A stretch of 61,263 nucleotides of DNA, the filler included, from Squatina squatina (taxonomy: Eukaryota), in the NCBI GenBank assembly GCA_031763465.1. It is 3 parts of 3 records of this genome, joined end to end, with 100 filler letters (N's around TTAATTAATTAA, not from the genome) between each part and the next. Parts side by side here need not be neighbours in the genome. Positions count along the whole stretch, not along the records: positions 20,905 to 43,791 come from JARFOE010000233.1; positions 43,892 to 61,263 come from JARFOE010000194.1; 1 more part is not named here. One strand, 5' to 3'. The notes below the pieces were generated by a model that worked only from the letters and a program-made list of their open reading frames with translations, was not told where the DNA came from and ran no database searches. The position numbers and the translations under genes are program-made. The first letter of the stretch is position 1; each line of letters starts with the position of its first letter. Below are positions 36,821 to 48,840 of the stretch, piece after piece.

Positions 36821-37289
36821 TCTTCACACACTACAGAAGCATGATAAAGTAGTGTCAGCGAGGAGGAAAGAGGCTCGCAAGACAGTTTCAACACTGCTGA
36901 ATAAGCTTGAGGTAGGATTCTTGGAAGGTTAAATCTAGGGAATAATGCTTTGTATTTCTCAGGAGAAACAGACCTGTGTCATCTACAGTTCACATAGAAC
37001 CCTTCATCACTACCACCTAGATCAGTACTTACAATAGCTCCTTGGACCCCTATGTTCACTGCAATGGCTGTCCTATTTGTCAGAGGCTATCCCCCTCAGC
37101 TCTCCACTACCAGCGAAAGCTGGGTATAAGCCTATTGCTCCAGCACAAAATACTTACAAGGCTAGTTGATTTGACCGCTGAGTTGTAACACTCCTCCATG
37201 GTTCTGAGCAATAAGGTAGCAATGAAAAGCAAGGAGAGTCGTGGGAGATTCTATAGCCAGGTGTACAAGCAGCCTCCCTGATGCTGGGG

Positions 37290-37680
37290 AGAAAGACATC
37301 AAGGAACAGGTGGCAAAACTTCTCAGTAGTATGGTTCCACAAGCACCAATAGTCATCTAGTACCTCACCAAGGTGGGTAATCTTCATATAGGCTGGGTAT
37401 GTTGGCAGGTTACTAGTCAATGGGTAAAAGGTAGCATTACACCTGCTGTTCCCTAACATTCACACAAGTGCATTTGTCAGCCAGGTTCAATGTACAGCAA
37501 TCAGGAGCAGGAACTATGGTCAATATTTCCCCTCCCATGATAAGACTCTGAGACCAGATTTTTGTGATCTGCTGCTCCTTCAGCCAAGACCACCTAAATT
37601 AAGCACAGAGGTCAAACCTGGGACCTTCCTCGCCTATTTGACTCAGTACCACACAATACATTTACTCCATTAGGAGCCCC
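37290..37680 (-). mobile_element. Degenerate ancient SINE
   Basis: The reverse complement shows a tRNA-like head (cccaggtttgacc) and a body resembling 44950-45200. Confidence 0.4.
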
Positions 37681-39820
37681 AAAAAGTTAATTTTTATTTA
37701 AAACTGCTTTACCAAATCAGAATAAAACCTCTTTTTTTCTATTTCATGTTAATCAAACTGCACAGAATACAAGATTTATGTCATTGTTGTAATATGGTTT
37801 TCAGGAAAATGCTACTTAACTGGTGTTGTCACATTGTTACAAATATCAACTCATTGAATCAGGAAACAGCTTGGCTGTCACATCACTGCAGGCTTCCTAG
37901 GAAAGTTTTGATTACAATGAGTACACTATAAAAACAATTAACCAACACAAACAGCAGGATCACACGTGAAAGAAACATGACAAAGTTACCCAAAAGAAGT
38001 TGTTGTGTGCATCAGCAATGAACTGTTTTGAGTGTTGATTTTCCTTTGCTACTTTCAAAGTATATACATTTTCAATTGTATAAACTTTTCCAGAAAAATT
38101 CTGCAATCTTACATCGATTACAAAACTAAAGGGCCCTTATAAAAAATGTTTTTATTTTGACTCTTCCAGTCTTACAATAACAAATGGTGACAGTGTCAAA
38201 ACTTGTTCAAACTCAGCAGTTTGAATTGAAAAAAACAAATGATTGCGTGTTAAGTGGGCCCAGGATATCACCTATAAAAAGGCTCACTCATGCTCTTCTG
38301 AGAATTGCAGTTTGATCATGCTTCCAGGCCCATGTCACCCAACAAATGAGATTACTACACGCTTGTTGTACAACGAAGCTACTAAACAATTAGAAAAAAT
38401 TAAGAAGATTGAGGCTAGTATATTTGTCAAAGAAGAATACTGCATAATCACTCTAGTGCAAACTTTATCTAGAAAAGTAAAGCCCACGGGAGTACTTTTT
38501 GCTCCAAGTACTCCCTTCATTTATAGAAGAAAACAGGGCTGTCCATGGCATTGCTCATTGTACATCAGAGGATATACTGTTTTATAATAAATGTTACCAA
38601 CAGAAAATGACAGGGAAAGTGTGATACAGTGTGAACACAAAACTACGCATAAAGCACAGAGATAATAATCTAATATAGGTTAATCAAATTTAAAATATTT
38701 TCTTTGAAAACCAACCATAATGTGCAAGATTGGGTTGTTTACCCAATATATAGTCGCAACAGGGTCAAAAGGCAAGTTGACGGGACACCGAATAAGATCA
38801 CATAAAAAAGTGGCAAATATGAAGCGCAGGTACAGCAGAGAGCATTTTTTTTTCTATATACACAGTGCTTCTCTTCTTCAGGCTCAGTCTAAAATTTAAG
38901 ATTCAGGTTTACAGTCAGCTGCCTTACTGGCTTGGCACTTAGGTTTTGAAATCTAAGAATATGGCGGCCGGAGCTGATTGATTCAAAACACACCACCAGG
39001 TTTTAGAAGCCTGCAACTACAAGCTGAAGACTGAATCCATTTTCAGCAATTTATTCCAGGAAGCATTACAGGTCAGTCTTATTAAATTTGTTTTCCCAAC
39101 ATTTATCAGCACCTAGTTGCCCTGTGAAGATGGTCACAGGCCTAGTGTCAGCTGTGGCTCAGTTGTTAGCCCANNNNNNNNNNNNNNNNNNNNNNNNNNN
39201 NNNNNNNNNNNNNNNNNNNNNNNNNNNNNNNNNNNNNNNNNNNNNNNNNNNNNNNNNNNNNNNNNNNNNNNNNTTAAATGTACATTGTTGTAGTACAATT
39301 CTAACAGGTCAAGTACACATTTGGGCTGAATTATCTATCCATTCAGCCCAATGTCTTGGAACATGACAGCCTTTTCTAGGACTGATATTACCTAAATGGT
39401 ATCATCCTGAACAAAAGTAGTCCATCGGGTGTATATAGATGCTGACGAGGTAACTGTTGTGCTTGGATAGGAAATAGTGCCAGATTGTTTATAACATAGT
39501 TTTCTTGATTGGAAGCAAAGAAGTAGATTTAGAGGGTCTTAAAGCTGCACTATATTTGCATTTTTTAAATCATACTTTAAAATTTAAATATTACAAAGTA
39601 GAAATTATGTTTATGCTCTCTTACTTATGGATTGTACATGTAGCAAGTGGCACTTTCTAGTATTGCTGAATAAAACTAGATGGCTATTTCCGCTGGACAA
39701 GCATTTTTTTTTTCTTTCAAAAAGACTAAATTTGAATTACTTATTGGCCAGAACAAAGATTAGGTCTATCCTGGAGGTATTTTATTCAAACTTATTTAAA
39801 AGTTAATGCTGGTCACAAAC

Positions 39821-39908
39821 CTGCACAAAATATTCCTGGTACCTCACTGCGCAGTATAAGTGTTCGAACATTTTTATCACATTTTATTTCTTCTATTGCT
39901 TCCGTCAT
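39821..39908 (-). CDS. AUH: AUH (methylglutaconyl-CoA hydratase) exon
   Basis: 88-nt exon (ttttgtttag...gtttgt). Translates as [30 protein letters not shown], versus [33 protein letters not shown]. Same strand as and adjacent to NFIL3, as in human. Confidence 0.92.
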
Positions 39909-39974
39909 CTAAACAAAAGAAAATATTAAAATACAAGTCAAAAAATTCCTAGTGACAATGTCAAAAGAATAGAG

Positions 39975-40977
39975 TTTATAGCATAGAAATAGGCCACTCA
40001 GCCCAACTTGTCTGTGCCAGTTTTTATACTCCACATGTGCATCCTCCCATCCTACCTGCATAACCTTCTATTCCTTTCTTCCTCATAAACTTATCTAACT
40101 TCCCCTTAAAAGGCATCTATGCTATTCGCCTCAACTACTCCATGTGGTAGCAAGTTCCACATTCTGATCACTCCCTGGGTAAAGTAGTTTCTTCTGAATT
40201 CCTTATTGGATTTAATAGTGATTGTCTTATATTTATGGCCTCTAGTGTTGGACACTCCAAACAAGTGGAAACATCTTCTCTACATCTACCCTATCAAACC
40301 CCTTCATAATTTTAAAGACCTCTTTTACATCACCCTCAGCCTTGCCTTTTCTAGGAGAAAAGAGTTCCAGCCGGTTCAGTCTTTCTTGATAATTAGAACC
40401 TCTCAGCTCTGGTATTACCCTTGATAATCTTTTTTGTACCTTCTCCAATGCCTCTATATCCTTTTTGTAATATGGGAACCAGAACTGTACACAGTACTTT
40501 AAATGTGGTGTAAGCAAGGTTCTATACAAGTTTAACAGAACTTCTCTGCCTTTCAATTCTATTCCTCCAGAAATGAGCCCCAGTGCTTTGTTTACATTTT
40601 TAATGGCCTTGCAACTGGTGTTGCTACTTTTAATATTTTGAATCTGTACCCCCATATCCCTTTGCTCCTCTACCCTATTTAGACTCTTATTTTCCAAGGT
40701 GTATCTGGCCTCCTTATTCCTCCTACTAAAATGCACCACCTAACATTTATCTATACTGAAATTAATTTGCCATTTACACACTCATGTAGCAAGTTTATTA
40801 ACACCTTCTTGTATATTGTCGCAGTATTCCTCAGTATTAACTATACCCTCCAATTTGGAGTCATCCGCAAATTTTGAAATTGTACTTCCAATTCCAGAGT
40901 CCAAATCATTTATGTAAATGGTGAACAGCGGTGGTCTCAGCACTGATCTATGTGGAACACCATTTCCCACCTTCCAC
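39975..40977 (-). mobile_element. CR1 LINE 3' portion
   Basis: PLFTIYINDL...ISKFADDSKL, LYRTLLTPHLKYCVQFW and LEKVQKRLSRVIP, followed by a CR1 3' UTR. Confidence 0.92.
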
Positions 40978-41853
40978 NNNNNNNNNNNNNNNNNNNNNNN
41001 NNNNNNNNNNNNNNNNNNNNNNNNNNNNNNNNNNNNNNNNNNNNNNNNNNNNNNNNNNNNNNNNNNNNNNNNNNNNNCCCCCCCGCCACTGGCTGGCGAA
41101 ATCAGCTGAGCGTCCCGTGAGCACCTCCCAGAGGCACTACCCAGGTGATCCAGAACAGTGAATTTCACGCCCTTAGTACATGGAATGTTTTAGAGTGGTC
41201 ATTTTATAGTTTTCAACGAATGACTTTTCTTCTTTTTCTTTCATAATGAATTGATGCACAAACAACAGTAGGAAACAAAAGGCCCAGTTATAATCTTGCA
41301 TAATTAACGTAAAAAAATATTATTAATCCTAAAAACCAAACAATTGTCTAACTGGGAAAGGTGGGAGACCAAAGATGGGAGCCCCGACAAGTAGCCAGTC
41401 ATAAAATTACTGTGAAATTATCTGAAATGTTAAGATTGAGAATATTAATTTCCTTAGAAGTGAGTTATCCATACTGGAAATTCAAATCAGCACAAGTTGA
41501 TTTAGTTGAAGTGGTGCACAGCCATTTGCAATTAACATAGCAATTCTCCAACATAATTCAGCAGTGTCACTGGAACTGTTGCAAATGCAGCTACCTTTGA
41601 TTTTTAAATCAGAGTTGCTCACCTTACATCAATACTTCAAGAATAGAAGAGAACAACAGCTCATGTGATATCACAGCCGAGATGGTGGTATGCAAAGCAG
41701 CCTCTAATGGTAAGATTAATTTTTTTCTCCTCTATTATATCTATATCAAGCAGNNNNNNNNNNNNNNNNNNNNNNNNNNNNNNNNNNNNNNNNNNNNNNN
41801 NNNNNNNNNNNNNNNNNNNNNNNNNNNNNNNNNNNNNNNNNNNNNNNNNNNNN

Positions 41854-42255
41854 AACTTGCATTTATATATCGCCATTAACGTAGTAAAATGTCCTAAGGT
41901 GCTTCACAGGAGTTTTATCAAAGAACATTTGACATGGAGCCACATAAATTAGGGCAGGTGACCAAAAGCTTGGTCAAAGAGGTAGGTTTAAAGGAGCGTC
42001 ATAAAGAAGGAAAGAGAGGTAGAGAGGTGGAGAGGTTTAGGCAGGGGATTCCAGGGCTTAGGGCCTAGGCAGCTGAATGGTTGAGCGATTATAATCAGGG
42101 ATGTTCAAGAGGCCAGAATTAGAGGAACGCAGATATCTCGAGGGCGAGTGGGGCTGGAGGAGATTACCGAAATAGGGAGGGGTGAGGCCATGGAGGGATT
42201 TGAAAACAAGAATAAGAATTTTTAATTCGAAGCATTGCTTATCTGGGAGCCAATG
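41854..42255 (-). mobile_element. L2 LINE 3' fragment
   Basis: HWLP...LKILILVFKSLHGLTPPY...LRSSNSGLL; same family as 9798-10657. Confidence 0.85.
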
Positions 42256-42906
42256 ACAGTAGACAATCTTGTCTCGTGAATTTCCAGTGTATACAAATCT
42301 TGAAGCTGGAGTATACATCCAGGATAAAACACATACAGATGACATAATCTAAACTCCCAGCAGATAAAAATTGAGGAGGTAATGTATGGCCTTGAGCTGA
42401 GCTTGGGAAAGGACCAAGCAACGTGAGTCTCTTCCCATGAACCCTTCCACCCAAGTCACCCAATCCCTCACCATAAACTCTTTCAACTTCCACAGCTAAA
42501 GACCCTGGGATCTGCCAAACAGAGATTTCCAAACCTACAGCATTCCTTTAAATACCTCGATACACCATGCATTGCTCCAACTCCTACACCCAAGTATTCC
42601 TCTTGCCCATCTTTGACACCCACCACCACCTCTCCGCCCACTTAAGCCAAGCTGCCTGCCAAATAAAGACCTCAACTTTATAAATATGCAGACTATAAAT
42701 ATGCTGACTAAAAAATCTATCTCAAAGGGAATTTGTTTTTAAAGTTAGAGTGTTTCTAGCCAAGGCGCATGCACTGGTATTTAAGCCACTGGATACAAGT
42801 GAACATTTATACTTTTTAAACTAAAATACCAGGCATTACATAGGTTCTTGACAATTTCCCTCAGACATTCAACAAAAATCAGGCAAGTCTAATTATTCAT
42901 CAACGG

Positions 42907-42912
42907 TTTAAT
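42907..42912 (-). promoter_or_regulatory. Candidate NFIL3 polyadenylation signal (ATTAAA)
   Basis: ATTAAA on the minus strand about 290 nt after the NFIL3 stop, ending a U/GU-rich 3' UTR-like stretch. Confidence 0.45.
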
Positions 42913-43201
42913 TTTTTTGTACTTGATTTTTCACTTTTTGATGTCCAATAAAACAAAAGGATGAAAGATTCATCCATAGCATTATATCAGGTGTTTGAAT
43001 GTACATAAGTGAATGTTCTCATCATACAGTACAACCTATGTGTATCACAAAGTCCACAAAAGACAAGGTTCATGATGTACAATTCAGACAACACAGGAGC
43101 AGTTGCAAGAAATGACAATTTAACTACAGTGAAATGACAAAACAGTTCCAGTGAAAACTTAGCATAATATAAAATGTACTACTCTACTTCAGTTGGCAAT
43201 C

Positions 43202-43791
43202 TTAGTTGGCAAATCTTTTCTCAGTAGTGCTTTTACCAGAGTCTGAAGCAGCAGCTTGCTGCTTTTCTATGAGTTTTTTCAGTGAAGCAACTTCTGCACT
43301 TAAGTTTGCAATACCTTGTTTTAAGTACAAGTTCTCTGATTCCAAGTGTACTCCTTGATAAATGTTATTGCAAGCAAAGTCTTTTCCAGCAGCAAGCGAT
43401 TGGTTTGTTAGTGCAACAGGGGAACATGACCGCCGAATATTTTTATAAGCCCCTTCCAATTTCTCTTCACTTTCCTTTTGACGCCAAAGTTCTGGTTTGT
43501 GAGACCAATCATTGATGCTTGCTACTTGAATAGACAAAGGAGCAAGCGAAGGGTGTACTGGATTTGAAGCATTGCATTTAAACATTGCTGTACTGTCCAA
43601 TGGGTAAGGTCTTTTCGTAGAAATATTACTGGCAGATGATGGTTGTTTCTCTGGTGTTTCATAATATGCCTCCACATTCTCTACTTTAATCTGGATTGCT
43701 CTAGCCTTGATACGAAGCTTGTGAGGCAATGCAGAAGAGTTTGATTCAGGGACCTTAACTGTAGCATTGTTCACAATTTTGGGTTCCACAG
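43202..43791 (-). CDS. NFIL3: NFIL3/E4BP4, C-terminal half of the single coding exon (bZIP part lost in gap)
   Basis: Contains KVPESNSSALPHKLRIKARAIQIKVE, QVASINDWS and ENLYLKQGIANLSAEVASLKKLI...ASDSG, all characteristic of NFIL3. Confidence 0.96.
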
Positions 43792-43891
43792 NNNNNNNNN
43801 NNNNNNNNNNNNNNNNNNNNNNNNNNNNNNNNNNNTTAATTAATTAANNNNNNNNNNNNNNNNNNNNNNNNNNNNNNNNNNNNNNNNNNNN
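43792..43891. other. Artificial scaffold spacer
   Basis: 44 N + TTAATTAATTAA (43836-43847) + 44 N. It cuts the NFIL3 CDS. Confidence 0.93.
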
Positions 43892-43929
43892 TTCAGACAA
43901 TTTCCCATTCAACAAATTACCTTGAAATG

Positions 43930-44215
43930 CAGTGACTGTTTTTATATAGGTAAATGTGACAGTCATTTTGCACATGGCAAGATCCTCCAAAAATCAATGA
44001 CATGAATGGCCAATTATTCTGGCTGTGTTAATTGAAGACGGAATGACAGTGAAGACATTCGGAGAATACCCCGTCCCTCTTCAGATAGCGCCATGGAATC
44101 TTTAACATCCACTTTAAACATGAACACCAAACACCACTCCCCGAGTACTGCAGTGAGTCTAGATTGGGTGTCAAAACCTGGAGTGAGGCTTGAACCCACA
44201 GTTTGACAGAGAGAG
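43930..44215 (-). mobile_element. Degenerate Deu-domain SINE
   Basis: atagcgccatggaatctttaacatccac and ggagtgaggcttgaacccaca (B box on the minus strand). Confidence 0.65.
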
Positions 44216-44949
44216 GATCTTTCCAAATGATTCTCTCCAAAAAAGAATTAAAACAGTCAACTTAGAAAGTCAAGTTTATCAAGTGGATAGCTGAGCCATA
44301 TAGTAGTGGTGTTGCTAGGAATGGAAATTTGGGTGTGTCTCAACTTATGGTAGACAGGCTATGCTCCTACTGTCAGAATGCTCCAATTCATTGTTGCTGC
44401 AGTCCATGCAAAAAGCTCCCATTGCCAGCAGGGTTGGGTGGCAAAGAGGTAGCTGGTGGCCACTGTCGGAGCTGCCAGGCGTCCATTGTTCACACACTGG
44501 TTCATTTTACCATATTATTGTGGCAAGCCACCATATTCTGCATTGTGCCACTGCCCTTTCAATGCACTTCTACTGCACTGGAGTCGCCAATGGCACCCCC
44601 ATATGGATGGACGGCTGCCAATTTTTTTTTTTTTACTGGCACCAGCAGTTCCACTGCCACAGAAACATCATGACCACTCTCACTAAGTCGACAGGCTCCA
44701 AAGATAGAAGCGACGGGCCATTAACATNNNNNNNNNNAGCTATGCAGCTTTGTTTCTACTGCGGCTATGTCCAACTAATACTGAAAAGAACCTTCCGATG
44801 AATTTGCTTCAACATAGCATTCACTAAGGCTCAGAATTGGATGGGCCTGACTGTTAATTGGTGGGCTGTGGCGGACCCGCCCATGGTTACATCCCTGCCA
44901 TATACACCAGTACTGTTCCCAGTTTGATCTTCAGTTCATAGAATAGCTG

Positions 44950-45200
44950 CAATGGTTCAGGGAAGGAAAATCAGTGCTCCTAATTACGATCCAGCAGCCC
45001 CTGCTGAAATGTATAACTAGGGACATTGGGCAATGGGAAAAAGGCCTTGGTTGTGATGTTTCTGTGTGGGATAGCCTGCCAACACTCACCATTAAGGTTC
45101 ATAAATGAGTAATGGTGATTTCTATGAGGTACAAGAGGAGTCCACTGTCTGGCACTATATTCCAGAGAGGGAATTGATGTCTTTAGGAGAGAAAAATAAG
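44950..45200 (+). mobile_element. Degenerate ancient SINE body
   Basis: atagcctgccaacactcacc...ggttcataaatgagtaatgg...tttaggagag. Confidence 0.4.
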
Positions 45201-45654
45201 ACGACGCTTTAATCCTGCTTTCAAAAGAAACCATATGCCCCACTTACTTGACATTGCTGCCTCTGATTGTATAGTAAATAAGGGCATGGCTGCCTCCATA
45301 GGCCCCAAGTCCTATCTAAATAAGTGGTTTCCACCAGCACCTTCACAGACACTAGTGTCCGGTTGGTAAAATAAACACTGCCATTAGAAAGGCTGCTATC
45401 CTTTCGAGTGACCAAGATCTCAGCCAACCTGTGTGGGGCAGGCCAGCAATGCAATTTCTCTCTCACTGGCCAGTCTGAACCACCTTCAACTACTACGGAT
45501 GAAAAGGTCAGCAGAAATAAAGTTGCAACCTGCAACTCAAAGGCAGTTTTATGATGTTGTTCTAGTACTGTGAAATCTGCCCCACGACATAAATTGAAGC
45601 AGATTTCACAGCCTTGGGAGCCCAAGGCAATATTGCAGAACTACTTCAAGAAGT

Positions 45655-45835
45655 GCTGTGGGAACTGACAGGGAGGAGTTACTGAACTTGACAGTGTGAG
45701 GGAGCTGAATTAACATTGAGTTACAGTTATTAACCCAGTCTGCTTCAATGATCTTGGCATTTTAACTGTGCATGTTAATTAAGCTCCTTCACACTGTCGG
45801 GCTAAGTATTTTCTCCTAGCCAGTTCTCCCAATGA
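45655..45835. repeat. Long inverted repeat (palindromic element)
   Basis: Arms 45690-45716 and 45772-45798 are reverse complements at 25 of 27 positions, with looser pairing both inward and outward. Confidence 0.85.
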
Positions 45836-47705
45836 ACTTATCAGCACTCAATGTTTCAACAAAAATTAAAATCAACAGAGGTTGGCAGAAACAAATAGAA
45901 GGATGTTGAAATTGAATTATCTATGACAGGTACATCCGCCTTAAAATGAGTTTTTGAACAAACAAGAAGTAGGTGGTTAAAGAACAGGGAGAACTTATAC
46001 CAGATTCTAGGTAAACCACCCAGTCCGAAAATCTTCCCTGTGCATATTATAATGTGAAATTGGTTACTGCTGGTCACACACAAAACACAAATAAATTTAA
46101 ATTTAGGTGGCTAAATCCAACAGGCAAAAAATATACATTATCATAGCAGCGCAGTGTCTATTTGGGCATAGAATGCCTGTGAATTGGCACATAAGTGACA
46201 GCCTACAGCAGAAATATTTGCATTTCCTTTCACAAAGTAATATCCTGCCTAAGAAGGACTGCACACATAGTTGCCCACATTTTACAAAGGAAAGATCTAC
46301 CCTGAAGACTGTATAGGATATGTAAAGCTTTCAACAACACAAAGTGTGAATTTTATGCCATGTATTTTTGTACTGAGTTGGATTCCATGGAATTAACTGT
46401 TCCATTTATTTACACAATTAAGTGCAAGCAGGTAAACTTCGCTCTTTTCACTGAATGGGAACTGCCACACACACATGGTTCAGCAACTCTGAAATCCTCA
46501 CTGGGATCTACATTTAACATTGTTGCACCCATTTTATGGACATATATTGATGATTGCTGCACCTGTTTAACAGTACAGAGGTCCACATCTAATCAGCATG
46601 GGATTTCGGGCCACTGCTAAAATNNNNNNNNNNNNNNNNNNNNNNNNNNNNNNNNNNNNNNNNNNNNNNNNNNNNNNNNNNNNNNNNNNNNNNNNNNNNN
46701 NNNNNNNNNNNNNNNNNNNNNNNTTTATTTTATTGATATTCTAAAACAATTGACTGTAACCCTGTAAATTTCAACATGGAATATGTTGGTTGGCTCATAC
46801 GTGGGCAACTGCAGTTCCTCATACTGCGGTGATTAAAGGCAATGCCAATGTCACGTCACCAAGAACATTACCATAGACACAGATAAAAAAAGCAAAAGGC
46901 TCTTACACGTGAAATACCAAATTACGGGTACACACGTGCATCTCGCCTAATGGGATCAACTGTTCAAATGCTCAGATGGATAATAATAACTCCGAATCAC
47001 AATTCAGTTACTTCGGCTAAAATAGTGCACTGTTTGTCAATATTATTAAAATGAAGACAGAAGAAGAATCACTCAGCAGGGAGTAATGATTAGGGAGATC
47101 TTTCACACTCATGAAATATCACCTGTATTCCTGCTTCCCCAGAGATTTTAATTTTATACACGCAGCGCCGAATCGTGGCTGGGACTAATAACTCATGAAT
47201 GCTGCAGGGAGGGTAAAAGTTAGAAGACCAATGTCAGGAGTTTGCAGTGTTTTTCCATATGCTACTTCTGCCAAGCTATGTATCTCAGTTAATGCTGCAC
47301 ACATATCTATTATATACACAAATATATCCTTACTTATGTATTTTTAAAAAAATCTGCAGTAGGCATACAACACAGGACTGCCTGTTAAGTACTGTGATCT
47401 CATGACACAATTTGTAAGTGGTACCAGCTGGAGAGTCAGTTTTGTAAATAAACCAGCGATCTCTCCGTGTCTGTGGTATAAGCATATGTACGGATGCATG
47501 TAGGTGTGTATTTATATTCAATGAAGAATGTTTTAAGCTGGAAATATTTACTGTGGCCGGAACCTATGGTTCAATGCCATGTTTTATCATTATTTATCTG
47601 CCTCTTGGAGTTTTTAGCTATGAGACCAACGACTGGCTGATCGGATTGTGTAATAGTCTAGTTATGCTGCAGCCTCGGAGTCGATATAACGCCATTTGAG
47701 AATAA

Positions 47706-48600
47706 AGGTGCATTTACACTGAACCTACCAGTCTGGGTCCTGCCTCGCTGGAACCTGAACTGTAGCCACCAGCAGGTTCCAGCCAGGCATTGTTCTGCTT
47801 CGAAGAGAGCTCCCGCATCCCTGAATACAAGCATGGGTGGAACTGTGTTCCAACAGTTGTAAATGTAAATGTTGAGAGAGCAGGAAGAGGACAATCTCCT
47901 TCCCTGCTCTAAACATTTAAATTAAGGTAGGGTCGGCTATCAAACTGAGGACTTTGCGTACCAGGTTTGACACCACGATGAAAATACACTCCGTGCAGTG
48001 ATAAACTGAATAGATTGCTTCACGCCGACATCAAACTTTCAGTGTAAATGAAGCTCAAGACTCCAGTTACACTGCTACTTCTATGTCAAAGCATACGGAT
48101 TTTGAGCGTACACTGAAGAGAAAGCGAGAGTTTAGTTCAGTAGTTGGTGGGCTGAATCTTGCGCATAGTAAATAAAACGTGCAAGACCACCTCGACCGAG
48201 CAGCCTTTATTTACATTGGAGTGCAGTTGAGATTTCACCCAGGCAAGACCCAGTTTATACTGGCTGGACCGACGTTTAGCTGCTCCAGAGAGAGCTCCGT
48301 GCTTGAGTATTTACATGAACCCTCTAGCAGCAGATAAACTTTAAACGTGTGGGCAGCTGCATCGGCATTATCTAAGCCTTTAAATTAATTGCAGGCTAGC
48401 TTAAAAAGTGTCCAGAAGGTGTAATACCACCAAGGGTACTTTTGACCGCTGATTTGACACCACGCCGAATTAACACTCCAGGAAGTCTCGTTCGGTTTGG
48501 CTCTAGTCAAGTCAAGCCACGGTTACCGATTTACGTCAGCACTGGTGCCAACCAGAAACTTGTTTGCATAAATGCTAAAGTTATCGTGTAAATGCAGCCT
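47706..48600. mobile_element. Two diverged tandem copies of a 350-400 bp TIR element
   Basis: Copy 1 spans 47706-48055 (gcatttacactgaa / ttcagtgtaaatg). Copy 2 spans 48202-48600 and ends gtgtaaatgcagcct. Shared internal motifs are agagagctcc, tttaaattaa and tttgacaccacg...acactcc. Confidence 0.65.
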
Positions 48601-48767
48601 TGCACTGATTGGATTTTGTATGCAGCTCCGGCCTAACTTGGCTTTATCAGCTTGTGACACTTTTAAAGGAGACGCCAATGTTAAAGCGCTACTTCAGTAT
48701 TAAAGCACCATAAGCTTAGCCTTCTTTCGGTCGACGTCTGTGTTTCTGGTTGCACATAATTTAAAAA

Positions 48768-48840
48768 CCATAGAAAATAGGAGTAGGCCATTCGGCCCTT
48801 CGAGCCTGCTCCGCCATTCAATACGATCATGGCTGATCAT
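48768..48840 (-). mobile_element. Young CR1/SINE 3' end (second copy at 55740-55814)
   Basis: ggagtaggccattcggcccttcgagcctgc...cgccattcaa, running into a gap in both copies. Confidence 0.8.
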
